The notes under the pieces: generated by a model
Told to the model about the DNA's origin: nothing
Database searches by the model: none
Seen by the model: only the letters and a program-made list of their open reading frames with translations
Origin: Candidatus Sungiibacteriota bacterium
GTDB taxonomy: Bacteria; Patescibacteriota; Minisyncoccia; Sungbacterales; HO2-52-23
Reading direction: 5' to 3'
Length of the DNA stretch: 64,000 nt
NCBI GenBank assembly: GCA_016432465.1
Contig: CP066690.1
Location: forward strand, 526,823 to 590,822
Program-made: the position numbers and the translations under genes
Shown here: one piece after another, positions 1 to 10,263 of the stretch
Layout of the letters: each line of letters begins with the position of its first letter
Position numbering within the stretch: position 1 is the stretch's first letter

Positions 1-2172
1 GTCATTCGCATATCTCAAGGTGATCGGGTGCCGGCTGACGCGCGGCTTATTTTTGTGAATAATTTGGAGGTGGATGAGTCACCTCTCACCGGCGAGTCTT
101 TGCCCGTGGAAAAAGATATAAATACGTTGGACGCTGCGACAGCTCTTGCAGATCGGACCCCATTGGTGTTTAGCGGAACTTTGGCAACGCGCGGCTTTGC
201 GGATGCGGTAGTAACCGCTACGGCATCTTTGAGTGAATTTGGTAAAATTGCAAAATTTGTTGCCGGAAGCCAGCGTCAGCCCACACCTATGCAGCAAGCC
301 ATAACGCGTTTTGCGAAGCGCGTGGGGCTATTGCTTGGCATCTTGGCAATTATTCTTTTTGGGTTTGGACTTTGGGCGGGACAGGATCCCTTTGAAATGT
401 TTTTGATTGCTGTTGCCGCGGCCGTGTCCGCTGTTCCCGAAGGCCTTCCCATTGCTCTTACCGTAATTCTTGCGGTTGGCGTGCAAAGACTGGCCAGCCG
501 CAAGGGTGTGGTGCGAAGACTGCTGGCCGCAGAAACCCTTGGTTCAACCACGCTTATTTTGACTGATAAAACCGGTACTCTTACTCAAGCCCGTATGGAG
601 CTTGCGAAAGTTATTCCTTATCAGGGGTCCCAGCCAGAACACAACATACTGCTTCTTAAAGAAGCAATACTGAACACCGACACGATAATAGAAAACCCCG
701 AGGCGCCGCCGCAGGAGTGGAGAATTTTCGGGCGGGCAGTAGAAGTGGCGTTGGTGCGGGGAGCTGCGGCGCAGGGTGTTTTACTGCCGGAAATTCAAAA
801 AGCTGAAAAATTTCTAGACAGACTTCCTTTTAGTTCCGAACACAAATTTTCAGGCGTGGTGGCCCGCCTTGATAATACTACTCGCATCGTGCTTTTGGGG
901 GCTCCGGAGGTGCTGGTATCCTATACGGATATGCCGCCGGAAAATCGGAGTTCCCTTCTTGGTGAAGTTGACCGTTTGGCTTTGGGAGGAGAGCGGGTGC
1001 TGGGGGTTGCCTCGGCCGTTGTTGCGGATCACGAGCAAATACTGCACGCCAAAAAATTTAAGCACTTGAATTTTCGCGGACTTCTTACTTTTCGCGACCC
1101 ATTGCGTCCGGAAGTGTCCGGGGCCATTAAAAAAATTGCGGCATCAGGAGTGAAAACAATAATTGTTACCGGGGACCATCGCGGCACGGCCGAGGCTGTG
1201 GCCAGAGACTTAGGAATGGTTGACGGACGCGGCGCGGTGCTTACGGGGGATGACTTAAACTTTTTATCGGAGGAAGAGTTAAGGGCGCGCTCGGGCGAAG
1301 TTACGGTCTATGCCCGTGTTACGCCGGAGCAAAAAGTACGGCTTACCAATCTTTACCGCAGTAAAGGAGAGGTTGTTGCGCTAACCGGAGACGGCGTAAA
1401 CGACGCGCCTGCTCTGCAGGCGGCCGACATTGGGATTGCTCTTGGTTCCGGCACTGACGTTGCCAAGGGTGCGGCCGACCTCGTGATTTTGGACGATAAT
1501 TTTAATACCATAGTCGCGGCCATAGAGGAGGGCAGAAGGATTGTAGAAAATTTGCGCAAAGTCATTGTTTATCTTCTTTCCGACTCTTTAGACGAGCTTT
1601 TTCTTATCGGGGGTTCGCTGTTAGTGGGCCTTGCTTTGCCTATTAACGCGCTTCAGATTCTTTTTGTGAACTTTTTCTCGGACAGTTTCCCGGCCATTGC
1701 CCTTGCTTTTGAGGGCGGCGTTGACAACTCGGGACAACGGCCCAAAAAGTTGGGGAAAAGTCTTTTTGACGGCGAGCTGCAGTTTCTTATTTTGGTCATC
1801 GGAATTTCAACCTCCGCTTTACTTTTTCTGTTTTACTATGGATTAATTAAATGGGGATTCTCGGAAGATATGGTGCGAACTTTTATCTTTGCTTCTTTTG
1901 CCACCTATACGCTCATTCTTTCATTTTCTTTGCGAAGTCTTGAAAAAAGCATTTTTTCTTACAATCCATTTGGTAATAAGTATCTTGTGGGCGGGGTTGT
2001 GCTTGGGATATTGCTTACGGCCCTGGTCATTTTCCTGCCGCCCCTTCAGAAAATTTTCGGAACCGTTCCGCTTTCCTGGCCGTGGCTTTTGGCGATAGCG
2101 GGAGTGGGGCTTCTTAATATGGCCGCGGTTGAGTTGGGGAAGTGGATTTTTAGGTCAAGGCCCGCCTCATGA
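1..2172 (+). CDS. P-type cation-transporting ATPase (type II, Ca2+-like), 5'-truncated by window edge
   Basis: DESPLTGES, PEGL, DKTGTLT phosphorylation motif, TGD and GDGVNDAP motifs; frame is open from position 1. Confidence 0.95.
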   Translation, partial: VIRISQGDRVPADARLIFVNNLEVDESPLTGESLPVEKDINTLDAATALADRTPLVFSGTLATRGFADAVVTATASLSEFGKIAKFVAGSQRQPTPMQQAITRFAKRVGLLLGILAIILFGFGLWAGQDPFEMFLIAVAAAVSAVPEGLPIALTVILAVGVQRLASRKGVVRRLLAAETLGSTTLILTDKTGTLTQARMELAKVIPYQGSQPEHNILLLKEAILNTDTIIENPEAPPQEWRIFGRAVEVALVRGAAAQGVLLPEIQKAEKFLDRLPFSSEHKFSGVVARLDNTTRIVLLGAPEVLVSYTDMPPENRSSLLGEVDRLALGGERVLGVASAVVADHEQILHAKKFKHLNFRGLLTFRDPLRPEVSGAIKKIAASGVKTIIVTGDHRGTAEAVARDLGMVDGRGAVLTGDDLNFLSEEELRARSGEVTVYARVTPEQKVRLTNLYRSKGEVVALTGDGVNDAPALQAADIGIALGSGTDVAKGAADLVILDDNFNTIVAAIEEGRRIVENLRKVIVYLLSDSLDELFLIGGSLLVGLALPINALQILFVNFFSDSFPAIALAFEGGVDNSGQRPKKLGKSLFDGELQFLILVIGISTSALLFLFYYGLIKWGFSEDMVRTFIFASFATYTLILSFSLRSLEKSIFSYNPFGNKYLVGGVVLGILLTALVIFLPPLQKIFGTVPLSWPWLLAIAGVGLLNMAAVELGKWIFRSRPAS

Positions 2173-3110
2173 CACTTTCTATTTTATTATTTATTGCAGG
2201 TTTCTACGTGCTCGTAAGGGGAGCGAATTTTCTCGTTGATGGCGCTTCATCCATAGCCAGGCTTTTTCATATTTCAAATTTTGTAGTGGGGCTTGTTATT
2301 GTCGGTATCGGCACATCCATTCCCGAGTTTGCGATATCTTTTATTGCCAATCTTACGGGGGCGAGCGATATTGGTTTCGGTACTATCGTGGGAAGCAATA
2401 CCTTCAACATCTTTTTTATTTTGGGCCTTACGGCCGCCGCCTTTACACTTCGCCTACATCCGATATGGGTTGAGCGCGACCTCAAGTGGAATATGCTTGC
2501 CGTAGCAACTGCTGTTATTTTTGCATTTTCTCTGGGAAATGGCGGTATTTCCAGACTCGAGGCGGCGGTGATGCTGGGTTTGTTTCTTCTTTGGCTCTAC
2601 GTAACGATTAAAAAAACAAATAATGTTGTTGATGACGAGAAGCCGATTCGCGTGATAGCTTTTCCGTTAGCATTCGGACTTATGCTTGCGGGTCTTTTGG
2701 GGATATTTCTTGGCGGTAAGTGGGTGGTTGACGGGGCGGAGGTCCTGGCGCGCGCTTTGGGCATGAGTGAAGCGCTTATTGGTTTAACTGTTGTTGGTTT
2801 GGGCACTTCGCTGCCGGAGTTAGCCGTTACCTTTGTGGCTGCTTACCGCGATCGGCCCGGAATTGCTATTGGCAATATCATTGGATCTAACATTTTTGAT
2901 TTTCTTGTGATTCTTGGCGTTTCTGCTCTCGCGCGTCCTGTTTTCGTAGCGCCCGGATTTTTCACTGATGCCGTAATCACTCTTCTTGCTTCAGCCCTTC
3001 TTTACGGCTTTATGTTTGTGGGCACCCCTTATATACTTAAACGTTGGCAGGGACTAGTGTTCGTCTTTCTCTATATTGTTTACCTATTTTATATAATTGG
3101 TAGAGGATAA
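2169..3110 (+). CDS. Calcium/sodium antiporter (CaCA, YrbG-like)
   Basis: Two alpha repeats (GTSIPE..GSN and GTSLPE..GSN); hydrophobic; ATGA overlap with the ATPase gene. Confidence 0.92.
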   Translation: MTLSILLFIAGFYVLVRGANFLVDGASSIARLFHISNFVVGLVIVGIGTSIPEFAISFIANLTGASDIGFGTIVGSNTFNIFFILGLTAAAFTLRLHPIWVERDLKWNMLAVATAVIFAFSLGNGGISRLEAAVMLGLFLLWLYVTIKKTNNVVDDEKPIRVIAFPLAFGLMLAGLLGIFLGGKWVVDGAEVLARALGMSEALIGLTVVGLGTSLPELAVTFVAAYRDRPGIAIGNIIGSNIFDFLVILGVSALARPVFVAPGFFTDAVITLLASALLYGFMFVGTPYILKRWQGLVFVFLYIVYLFYIIGRG

Positions 3111-3111
3111 T

Positions 3112-3648
3112 ATGTCATCAAGCCGACAAAAAACTCAAACTGCAACTTCGCGTTCTGCCGCTGGGGATCAGAAGTCGCGTCATGCCATGGAAGAATTTGG
3201 TCCCTGAAAGGGCGGATTTATTTTCTGTCCGCACGGCGAGGCGGTCTACTATAAAAAATCGTGGCATCACATAGAAAAATTTTTCAGAAACCCGCCGAAT
3301 TTTAAAAAAGACAGTGCAGTTAAATCTAAACTTTGTCCGGCGCACGAGATGATAAAAAACAAACAATACGAAGGCGAGGTGGTTGTTAAAAATGTACCTC
3401 CAAATTTCAGGAAAGAACTCTTGAATCTTATTGAAAATATGGGAGAGCGCGCAATGCGCCGCGATGTTTTGGACAGAGTTTTAGATTTAAGATTTAAGGA
3501 TAAAGATTTAAGAATCACGACCTCTGAAAATCAGCTTGCCCAAAAAATCGCCCTCAAGATTCAGGAAGTTTTTAAAAATAAGATAGAGAAAAAGATTCGT
3601 CGGGGGAAAGAAGGAGGGGTGTCCAGCGTCCTTGTTGACTTTTTATAA
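3112..3648 (+). pseudogene. BCAM0308/NMD3-like small Zn-ribbon protein interrupted by an in-frame TGA
   Basis: ATG at 3112 is in frame with ORF 3349-3648; single TGA at 3205-3207; reading through gives CPHGEAVYYKKSWHH...CPAHEMIKNKQYEG...ITTSENQLAQKIA. Confidence 0.6.
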
Positions 3649-3693
3649 AGAGTCCGGTAGCCTACAGACAGGTTCTTTTATCCGAGGTTTGAG

Positions 3694-4104
3694 ATGCGAA
3701 AACTTCTATCAATATTTTTGGCTGTTGCGCTTTTTGCGGCACCTTCTTTAGGAGAAGCTAGGTCCCTTGAGCTTCGTGCATACGAGTTTTACGAAAATGT
3801 AGTTAACGGTGACTATGATGACGTCTGGGATATGTTGACGACAGCGATTCAGCAGGATATCTCACAAGAAGATTTTATCCGTGAGCTTGAAGCGTTCTTT
3901 GAAGAAACGGATTTTAACTACGACAACCTGGAAATTGTAGAACAAAGGGGAAATTACGCTGTCACGGAGGCAATAGTAACCCTGTCCTCAGAAAAATTTT
4001 ATAAATCATTCTGTGAGAAGACGCTGTGGGTGCGGCGGGGAAATAGTTGGTATGTTGCTGACGCAAACTTAAGGTGTGATTACGACCCATTGGCCGGCAG
4101 ATAG
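3694..4104 (+). CDS. Exported hypothetical protein (NTF2-like fold possible)
   Basis: Signal peptide; acidic FYENVVNGDYDDVWDML..ISQEDF segment; own terminator. Confidence 0.7.
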   Translation: MRKLLSIFLAVALFAAPSLGEARSLELRAYEFYENVVNGDYDDVWDMLTTAIQQDISQEDFIRELEAFFEETDFNYDNLEIVEQRGNYAVTEAIVTLSSEKFYKSFCEKTLWVRRGNSWYVADANLRCDYDPLAGR

Positions 4105-4113
4105 GTTATTAGT

Positions 4114-4136
4114 AAGGCCGCAGTGCGGCCTTTTTT
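4114..4136 (+). terminator. Rho-independent terminator
   Basis: aaggccgc-agt-gcggcctt followed by a T run. Confidence 0.8.
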
Positions 4137-4306
4137 GTTTCCCCCAAGTGATCATTTCCTAAATCTTTAAAAGTCACTATTCTTTCTTCCTTCTCTAATT
4201 CGCGCGAATAGGCGAATAATGGCGCGGTATATTTCGCATGCCGCACCGGGTTTGCTCTGGTCAAGTTCCTGACTACGTTAAGGATTTATAATTAAAACAT
4301 CGGCCG

Positions 4307-4852
4307 CTAGGCCGATTTTTGGTTGGAGATACGCATACATTTCCAGATTTCCCAAAGAGTAGCAATGGTAAATATTATATTTAGGGCGAGAAACGGCAGC
4401 GACCCCACGCGATATGCGTAAAACGCCATCAGCACTCCTCCTGTAGTAAAAAATGTATTCCCGAGTGTGGTTTGCGCAAACGGAATGCCGAGCCCCAGTC
4501 CCACGATAGCAGCTACACCGAGCCATCTTAGCTGAGAGTCAATACTGCCGCCTGAGTACATACTTAAAATAGTCAGTATTGCGAAGAAGATAACCGTTGC
4601 AGCACTATCTGGATTCTTCCTTGCGCCCATGAAGGAAGCAACCAGTATGATTGTCTGCCCTCCTATAAATATAGGATCTCCTCCAAAAACAGCAAAGGAC
4701 CAGAGCATGATGCCGCCAATAAGAAATAGCCACGCCTGACGTTTTTTATCAAGAATACCCCATGTTAAAACCAAGAGCCCTGTATAAGCGAGAAGGTTAA
4801 AAACCGCGCTCCACAAAGAAGTAAAACCCAATACCGCCTGCCAATTGGGCAT
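4307..4852 (-). CDS. Hypothetical integral membrane protein
   Basis: 181-aa ORF with several hydrophobic segments. Confidence 0.7.
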   Translation of the reverse strand: MPNWQAVLGFTSLWSAVFNLLAYTGLLVLTWGILDKKRQAWLFLIGGIMLWSFAVFGGDPIFIGGQTIILVASFMGARKNPDSAATVIFFAILTILSMYSGGSIDSQLRWLGVAAIVGLGLGIPFAQTTLGNTFFTTGGVLMAFYAYRVGSLPFLALNIIFTIATLWEIWKCMRISNQKSA

Positions 4853-4924
4853 TATAACCCCTTAGATTATTGTTTTTGTGCTGAAGTTACGTTATCATTT
4901 CATCATTATAAATGTCAATCTTTT

Positions 4925-6199
4925 ATGAGAGTTATTGCTGACTTACATATTCATTCCCCTTACGCCCGCGCCGTATCTAAAGATATGACTTTGGAGAATT
5001 TGGATTTTTGGGCAGGGCTTAAAGGAATTACCGTAATGGGAACAGGAGATTTTACGCACCCGCAATGGATACGCGAGATTAAAACAAAACTGGAACCGGC
5101 GGAGCCGGGACTTTATAAACTTAAGTCAAGCGTCAAGGGTCAAATGTCAAATGTCGGTAAGCAAGAAACGCGTTTTTTGCTTACCGTTGAGATTTCAAGT
5201 ATTTATTCCAAAGGCGGGAAGACACGCAGGATCCACAACTTAATTTTTGCCCCATCAATTGAAACCGTGGAAAAAATAAACGCGCAGCTTGGCTGGCGGG
5301 GAAATTTAAAATCAGACGGCAGGCCAATCTTGGGGCTTGATTCCAAAGAGCTTGCCAAAATTGTTTTAAACATTGATGAGCGATGTATGATTGTGCCGGC
5401 GCACGCCTGGACCCCCTGGTTCAGTATTTTTGGTTCAATGTCAGGGTTTAACTCTATTGAGGAATGTTTTGACGAGTACGCAAAATATATTTATGCGGTG
5501 GAAACAGGACTTTCCAGCGACCCCGCGATGAACTGGCGGTGGTCGCATCTTGATAACATTGCCTTGATTTCTAATTCCGACAGCCACTCTCTGCAAAAAA
5601 TTGGCCGCGAGGCAAATGTATTTGATACAGAACTTTTCTATGATGGAATTATTGACGCGATAAAGTCGCACGACCCCAAAAAATTTCTTTACACCATAGA
5701 ATTTTTCCCGGAGGAGGGGAAATATCACTATGACGGCCATCGCCTATGCAAGTTTTCTTGCGGACCGGAGGAGACAAAACGCCTAAAAAAAATCTGTCCG
5801 CAATGCAACAAGGCTGTGACCGTAGGTGTTCTGAATCGCGTGGACGAACTGGCCGACCGCCCGGAGGGCGCAAGACCGGAGCGCGTCATACCCTTCAAAA
5901 GTCTTGTGCCTTTGGACGAAATTATTGCCGAAGGTTTTGGGGTGGGGACGTCGGCCAAGAAAGTGAAGATCGCTTACCGGGACTTGGTTGAAAAAATGGG
6001 AAGCGAGTTTGCGGTTTTGGTTGATGCTTCCCAATCCGATCTGGAGGCATCTGCGGCGCCCGAGATTGTGGAGGGTGTTATGAGAACGCGCGAGGGGCGG
6101 CTGCACATTGAACCCGGATACGATGGGGAGTATGGAAAAGTAAAAATTTTTGAAGAGGCGGAGCGAAAAGAAATTACAAAACAAACCGCACTTTTCTGA
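4925..6199 (+). CDS. Endonuclease Q family PHP-domain protein
   Basis: DLHIHS, GTGDFTHP, PAHAWTPW, ETGLSSD, SNSDSHS, GKYHYDGHRxC..CPQC, PGYDGEYG. Confidence 0.88.
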   Translation: MRVIADLHIHSPYARAVSKDMTLENLDFWAGLKGITVMGTGDFTHPQWIREIKTKLEPAEPGLYKLKSSVKGQMSNVGKQETRFLLTVEISSIYSKGGKTRRIHNLIFAPSIETVEKINAQLGWRGNLKSDGRPILGLDSKELAKIVLNIDERCMIVPAHAWTPWFSIFGSMSGFNSIEECFDEYAKYIYAVETGLSSDPAMNWRWSHLDNIALISNSDSHSLQKIGREANVFDTELFYDGIIDAIKSHDPKKFLYTIEFFPEEGKYHYDGHRLCKFSCGPEETKRLKKICPQCNKAVTVGVLNRVDELADRPEGARPERVIPFKSLVPLDEIIAEGFGVGTSAKKVKIAYRDLVEKMGSEFAVLVDASQSDLEASAAPEIVEGVMRTREGRLHIEPGYDGEYGKVKIFEEAERKEITKQTALF

Positions 6200-6221
6200 A
6201 TTTATGGTAGGGAAAAATCCC

Positions 6222-6249
6222 TTGACAGGTTGTGAACGAGCGTTATACT
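6222..6249 (+). promoter_or_regulatory. sigma70-like promoter for the S8 peptidase gene
   Basis: TTGACA-16 nt-TATACT. Confidence 0.55.
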
Positions 6250-6287
6250 TACTTTATTATTAACAATTTCTAAATAGTTTCATTTTT

Positions 6288-7487
6288 ATGTCATATTCCA
6301 TAAACTATAAACATATTTTATATCTCGTCGTGCTGCTGCTTGCGGGAGTATTAATGTCGCTGCCGTTTGGCGGCCGCGGAGCTTATTCCGGGCGGAAAAT
6401 TGTTGTTTTTGACGAACATTTTGTAAATAAAGCAGCTCAGGAGGAGTTGCTTGCCAAAGCCGGCGGAGTAAAAACCAAAGACTTGCCGCTTATTAATGGC
6501 TCTGCCGTGTTTCTTCCCAGCAAAGCCTCGGAGCGCGCACTTTTAGTTAATCCTGCGGTAAAACGTATTGATGATGATGTCGTGGTTTCTATACTGGGGA
6601 AAGTCGGAGCCGGCGGTAGTGGCTCAACCCAACCCGCTCAAGTATTGCCTTGGGGAATTGATCGGATAGATGCCGAGCTTGTCTGGCCAGGTGGTAACAC
6701 CGCCGACCCCATAAAAGTGGGCGTTATTGATACTGGCATTTCCAATAAACATCCGGACCTTCTTGATAATGTAAAAGGCGGGGTTAATACTATAAATCCC
6801 AACAAAAACTGGAATGATGATAACGGTCATGGCTCGCATGTTGCGGGGATTGTCGGCGCGCTACAAAATAGTATTGGCGTTGTGGGTGCAGGACCGGCAG
6901 TTGATCTTTATGCCATCAAAGTACTTGGCGCCAATGGTTCTGGTTTTCTTTCCGATGTAGTTGAGGGAATTCAGTGGGCAGTGCAAAACGGCATGCAAGT
7001 AGTCAATATGAGTCTCGGAACCTCAAGCGATGTTCCTTCCCTGCATGATGCTGTTCTTGTTGCCCATAATGCCGGAGTAACCGTAGTCGCGGCAGCAGGT
7101 AATAGCGGCGGCGCAGTAATTTTTCCCGCAGCATATTCTGAAGTAATTGCGGTATCAGCGACCGATCAAAATAACGTGCTCGCTTCTTGGTCTTCGCGCG
7201 GTCCGGAAGTTGATCTGGCCTCACCCGGAGTTTCCATATACTCTACCTACAAGGGTACAGGATACGCTACACTTTCCGGGACTTCTATGGCCGCCCCGCA
7301 TGTTGCGGGTTCCGCGGCACTGGTTCTGAATACGCCAGTTGGTTTCTATGATGTGAATAGTAACGGTAAATGGGATCCTGCGGAGGTGCAAAAAAAGCTG
7401 CAGGATACAGCAGTGGATCTTGGGACAACTGGGGTGGATGGTTTGTACGGATGGGGACTGGTGAATGTTTTTAACGCGACACAGTAA
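6288..7487 (+). CDS. Subtilisin-family (S8) serine peptidase, exported
   Basis: Catalytic triad motifs IDTG, HGSHVAG, SGTSMAAPHVAG; N-terminal signal and propeptide. Confidence 0.95.
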   Translation: MSYSINYKHILYLVVLLLAGVLMSLPFGGRGAYSGRKIVVFDEHFVNKAAQEELLAKAGGVKTKDLPLINGSAVFLPSKASERALLVNPAVKRIDDDVVVSILGKVGAGGSGSTQPAQVLPWGIDRIDAELVWPGGNTADPIKVGVIDTGISNKHPDLLDNVKGGVNTINPNKNWNDDNGHGSHVAGIVGALQNSIGVVGAGPAVDLYAIKVLGANGSGFLSDVVEGIQWAVQNGMQVVNMSLGTSSDVPSLHDAVLVAHNAGVTVVAAAGNSGGAVIFPAAYSEVIAVSATDQNNVLASWSSRGPEVDLASPGVSIYSTYKGTGYATLSGTSMAAPHVAGSAALVLNTPVGFYDVNSNGKWDPAEVQKKLQDTAVDLGTTGVDGLYGWGLVNVFNATQ

Positions 7488-7506
7488 CTAAAGTAGATCT
7501 CAAGGC

Positions 7507-7540
7507 AACTCAAAGCCCCGCGATAGCGGGGCTTTGAGTT
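7507..7540. terminator. 15-bp-stem hairpin, probable terminator
   Basis: aactcaaagccccgc-gata-gcggggctttgagtt. Confidence 0.7.
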
Positions 7541-7560
7541 ATTTGGTATTATGGCCTCAT

Positions 7561-8175
7561 ATGAATCTCGTTATTCAGTCTCTTATATTCGCCAGTTTTA
7601 TTTTTGAGACCGGGTTTGGCCTGCTTTCGCCCATTTTTGCCGTTTTTGTAACACAGCAAGTCGGCGGAGGCGATGTTACGGTGGTAGGAATTGCAGCCGG
7701 CGTCTACTGGATTTTAAAGTCCATATTGCAGGTGCCGGTGGGCAGGTTTCTTGATAAAAAACAAGGGGAAGACGACGATTTTTGGGCGTTATTTGCCGGC
7801 CACTTTCTTATGGGTCTAACCGTGTTTCTTTATCAGTTTGCGCGTACCCCTATACATATATATATGCTGCAGGGGTTGCTGGCCATTGGCGGCGCGCTTC
7901 TGGTGCCGTCTTGGTACGCCATGTTTCTTCGCCACGTTGATAAACATAAAGAAGGTTTTGAGTGGAGTATTAACTCCAGTCTGTCTTACGGTTTAGGAAC
8001 AGGCGGAGCTGGGGTTCTGGGCGGATTTTTGGCCAAGGCCTATGGTTTTAATTTTATTTTTGTGACCGGGGCGATATTGGTGTGGGCCAGTTTGCTTATG
8101 CTCTTGGTTTTGCGGCGGAACCTGCGTAATCATCAGCTCCCGCCAATACCAAAAGCGCCTTCACCCGTTTTATGA
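7561..8175 (+). CDS. Half-size MFS transporter
   Basis: About 6 TM helices; motif A-like GRFLDKKQG; ATG at 7561 preferred. Confidence 0.75.
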   Translation: MNLVIQSLIFASFIFETGFGLLSPIFAVFVTQQVGGGDVTVVGIAAGVYWILKSILQVPVGRFLDKKQGEDDDFWALFAGHFLMGLTVFLYQFARTPIHIYMLQGLLAIGGALLVPSWYAMFLRHVDKHKEGFEWSINSSLSYGLGTGGAGVLGGFLAKAYGFNFIFVTGAILVWASLLMLLVLRRNLRNHQLPPIPKAPSPVL

Positions 8176-9962
8176 CCAATCAGGAAATTGCAAAAATTTT
8201 GCAGGAAATGGCCGCCCTCTACGAGATGGAGGGCGTTGAGTTTAAGCCGCGCGCTTACGAGAAAGCCGCGCTTGGGGTGGAAGCGTTGGATACGGAAGTA
8301 AAAGAAATTTATAAAAAGGGCGGATTAAAAGCCCTTGAAGAAGTTCCGGGAGTGGGGCGGGGCATTGCGTATCACATGGAGATGCTTTTGAAAAAAGGCA
8401 GTTTCCCGGAGTATACGCGGCTTAAGAAAAAAATTCCAGTGCGAATTTCAGAGCTTACTTCAGTGGAGGGTGTGGGGCCGAAGATGGCGAAGGTATTGTG
8501 GCAGAAACTTAAAATTCGTAGTCTCGCTGATTTAGAAAAAGCGGCGAGAGCCGGAAAAATCCGAAAGCTTGAAAATTTCGGTGAAAAATCCGAGCAGAAA
8601 ATTTTAAAAGGCATTGGGTTTTTGAAAAAATCAGGCGGCAGACAAATTCTCGGATTTATTCTTCCGGAAATTCGCAATCTTGAGAAAATGATTCAATTTT
8701 TTCCAGAAGTTGACGAAGCGATTGTCTGCGGCTCCGTGCGGCGCCGTAAAGAAACCATTGGCGATATAGATATTTTGGCAACCTCATCAAAGCCCCAAAA
8801 AGTAATGGATAGATTTCTGGGACTGCCATTTATTGCCCATGTTTATGGCAAGGGGCCAACCAAGACCAACGTAAAACTCCGACGTTTTAGTCGGAGCTCC
8901 GACCCCGCGTCGGGGTTAAAAAATGGTCTGGATGCTGATTTGCGTGTAGTTCCCAAAAAATCTTTCGGTGCCGCGGTAAACTATTTTACCGGCTCCAAGG
9001 ACCATAACATCGCGCTTCGGGAAATTGCAATTAAAAAAGGGTGGAAGTTAAACGAGTACGGACTATTTGCGGGAAGTCGGACTTCCTTGAGGAAGTCCGA
9101 CTTCCTTGCCGGACGGACGGAAGAAGAGCTCTACCGGAAACTCGGGCTTCGCTATATTGAACCCGAAATGCGAGAGAATACAGGAGAGATTGAGTCTTCA
9201 CGGCAGAATAAATTACCCAAACTCATTGGCTATGGAGACCTCAAGGGAGATTTACAGGTCCAAACCAATTGGACTGACGGAGAGAACTCTATTGAGGAGA
9301 TGGCGCGAGCGGCCAAAGAGGCGGGGCTTGAATACATCGCGATAACAGACCACACCCGTTCTCTAGCCATGACCGGAGGCGCAGATGAGAAAAAACTCCT
9401 TAGGCAAATGAGAGAAATAGACGAAATCAACCAAAAGCTAAAAGCTAAAAGCTATAAGCTTCACGTGTTGAAGGGTGCTGAAGTAAATATCGGCAAAGAC
9501 GGCTCCTTGGACATCAAGGACGAAGTTTTAAAGAAACTTGATGTGGTTGGCGCGGCCGTGCACAGCCACTTTAATTTATCACGCAGCGAACAAACCAAAC
9601 GTCTTATCCGCGCCATGGAAAATCCAAACGTGGATATTATTTTTCATTTAACCGGTCGCATTATAAACCGCCGCGAGCCGATTGATGTGGATATTGACGA
9701 AATTGTAAAAGCCGCCAAGCGCACCAAAACAATTTTAGAAATTGATGCCTACCCCGACCGTTTGGATATTAAAGACGAATATATCCGCAAGTGCGTTGAA
9801 GCGGGTGTTAAAATGTCTATTGATTCCGACGCGCATTCGGCCCAGCACTACAAGTATTTAGAAATAGGGATAGCGCAGGCGCGAAGGGGTTGGGCAGAGA
9901 AGAAAGATATTATCAATGCGTGGCCGCTGGAGAAGATGAAGGATTTTCTAAGAGATGCTTGA
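8172..9962 (+). CDS. polX: DNA polymerase X / PHP 3'-5' exonuclease
   Basis: HhH motifs VPGVG and VEGVGPK, GSVRRRKETIGDIDIL, YFTGSKDHN, C-terminal PHP (ITDH, DSDAH). Confidence 0.95.
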   Translation: MTNQEIAKILQEMAALYEMEGVEFKPRAYEKAALGVEALDTEVKEIYKKGGLKALEEVPGVGRGIAYHMEMLLKKGSFPEYTRLKKKIPVRISELTSVEGVGPKMAKVLWQKLKIRSLADLEKAARAGKIRKLENFGEKSEQKILKGIGFLKKSGGRQILGFILPEIRNLEKMIQFFPEVDEAIVCGSVRRRKETIGDIDILATSSKPQKVMDRFLGLPFIAHVYGKGPTKTNVKLRRFSRSSDPASGLKNGLDADLRVVPKKSFGAAVNYFTGSKDHNIALREIAIKKGWKLNEYGLFAGSRTSLRKSDFLAGRTEEELYRKLGLRYIEPEMRENTGEIESSRQNKLPKLIGYGDLKGDLQVQTNWTDGENSIEEMARAAKEAGLEYIAITDHTRSLAMTGGADEKKLLRQMREIDEINQKLKAKSYKLHVLKGAEVNIGKDGSLDIKDEVLKKLDVVGAAVHSHFNLSRSEQTKRLIRAMENPNVDIIFHLTGRIINRREPIDVDIDEIVKAAKRTKTILEIDAYPDRLDIKDEYIRKCVEAGVKMSIDSDAHSAQHYKYLEIGIAQARRGWAEKKDIINAWPLEKMKDFLRDA

Positions 9963-10263
9963 CCCCGCACCTTTTTGGCGCAAGTAAAATATGCACTATA
10001 TTTATATCTTGAAAAGTATTACAGCCAAGATTCTGTACACTGGTCGTACAGAAAATTTGTCCAGAAGAATAAGAGAGCATAACTCCGGTGGTACTTTTAC
10101 TACAAAAAAGTATAAACCACGGGCGTTAGTATAGTGCGAAGGGTATTTTGATATTGAGGACGCTAAGTATAGAGAACGGACCATCAAACAGTTCGGTAGG
10201 GTGTATTCACAGCTCAAACGCAGAATACAAAGAAGCCTTCGCAGCGCCGAAAAGGTGCGGGGT
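9962..10263. mobile_element. Inverted-repeat-bounded element carrying a GIY-YIG nuclease gene
   Basis: accccgcacctttttggcgc (9962-9981) and gcgccgaaaaggtgcggggt (10244-10263) are 19/20 inverted matches. Confidence 0.65.

Noticed and set aside
3205-3207. Genetic code 25 (UGA=Gly) or selenocysteine
   Set aside because: Conserved genes (argS, polX, tatD, folD) end at TGA where expected and show no internal TGA; the codon is not at a Cys position.
7507-7540. ccccgc-gata-gcgggg as a minimal member of the CCCCGCAC element family
   Set aside because: Only 6 bp are shared, and its position after the peptidase gene is adequately explained by a terminator.
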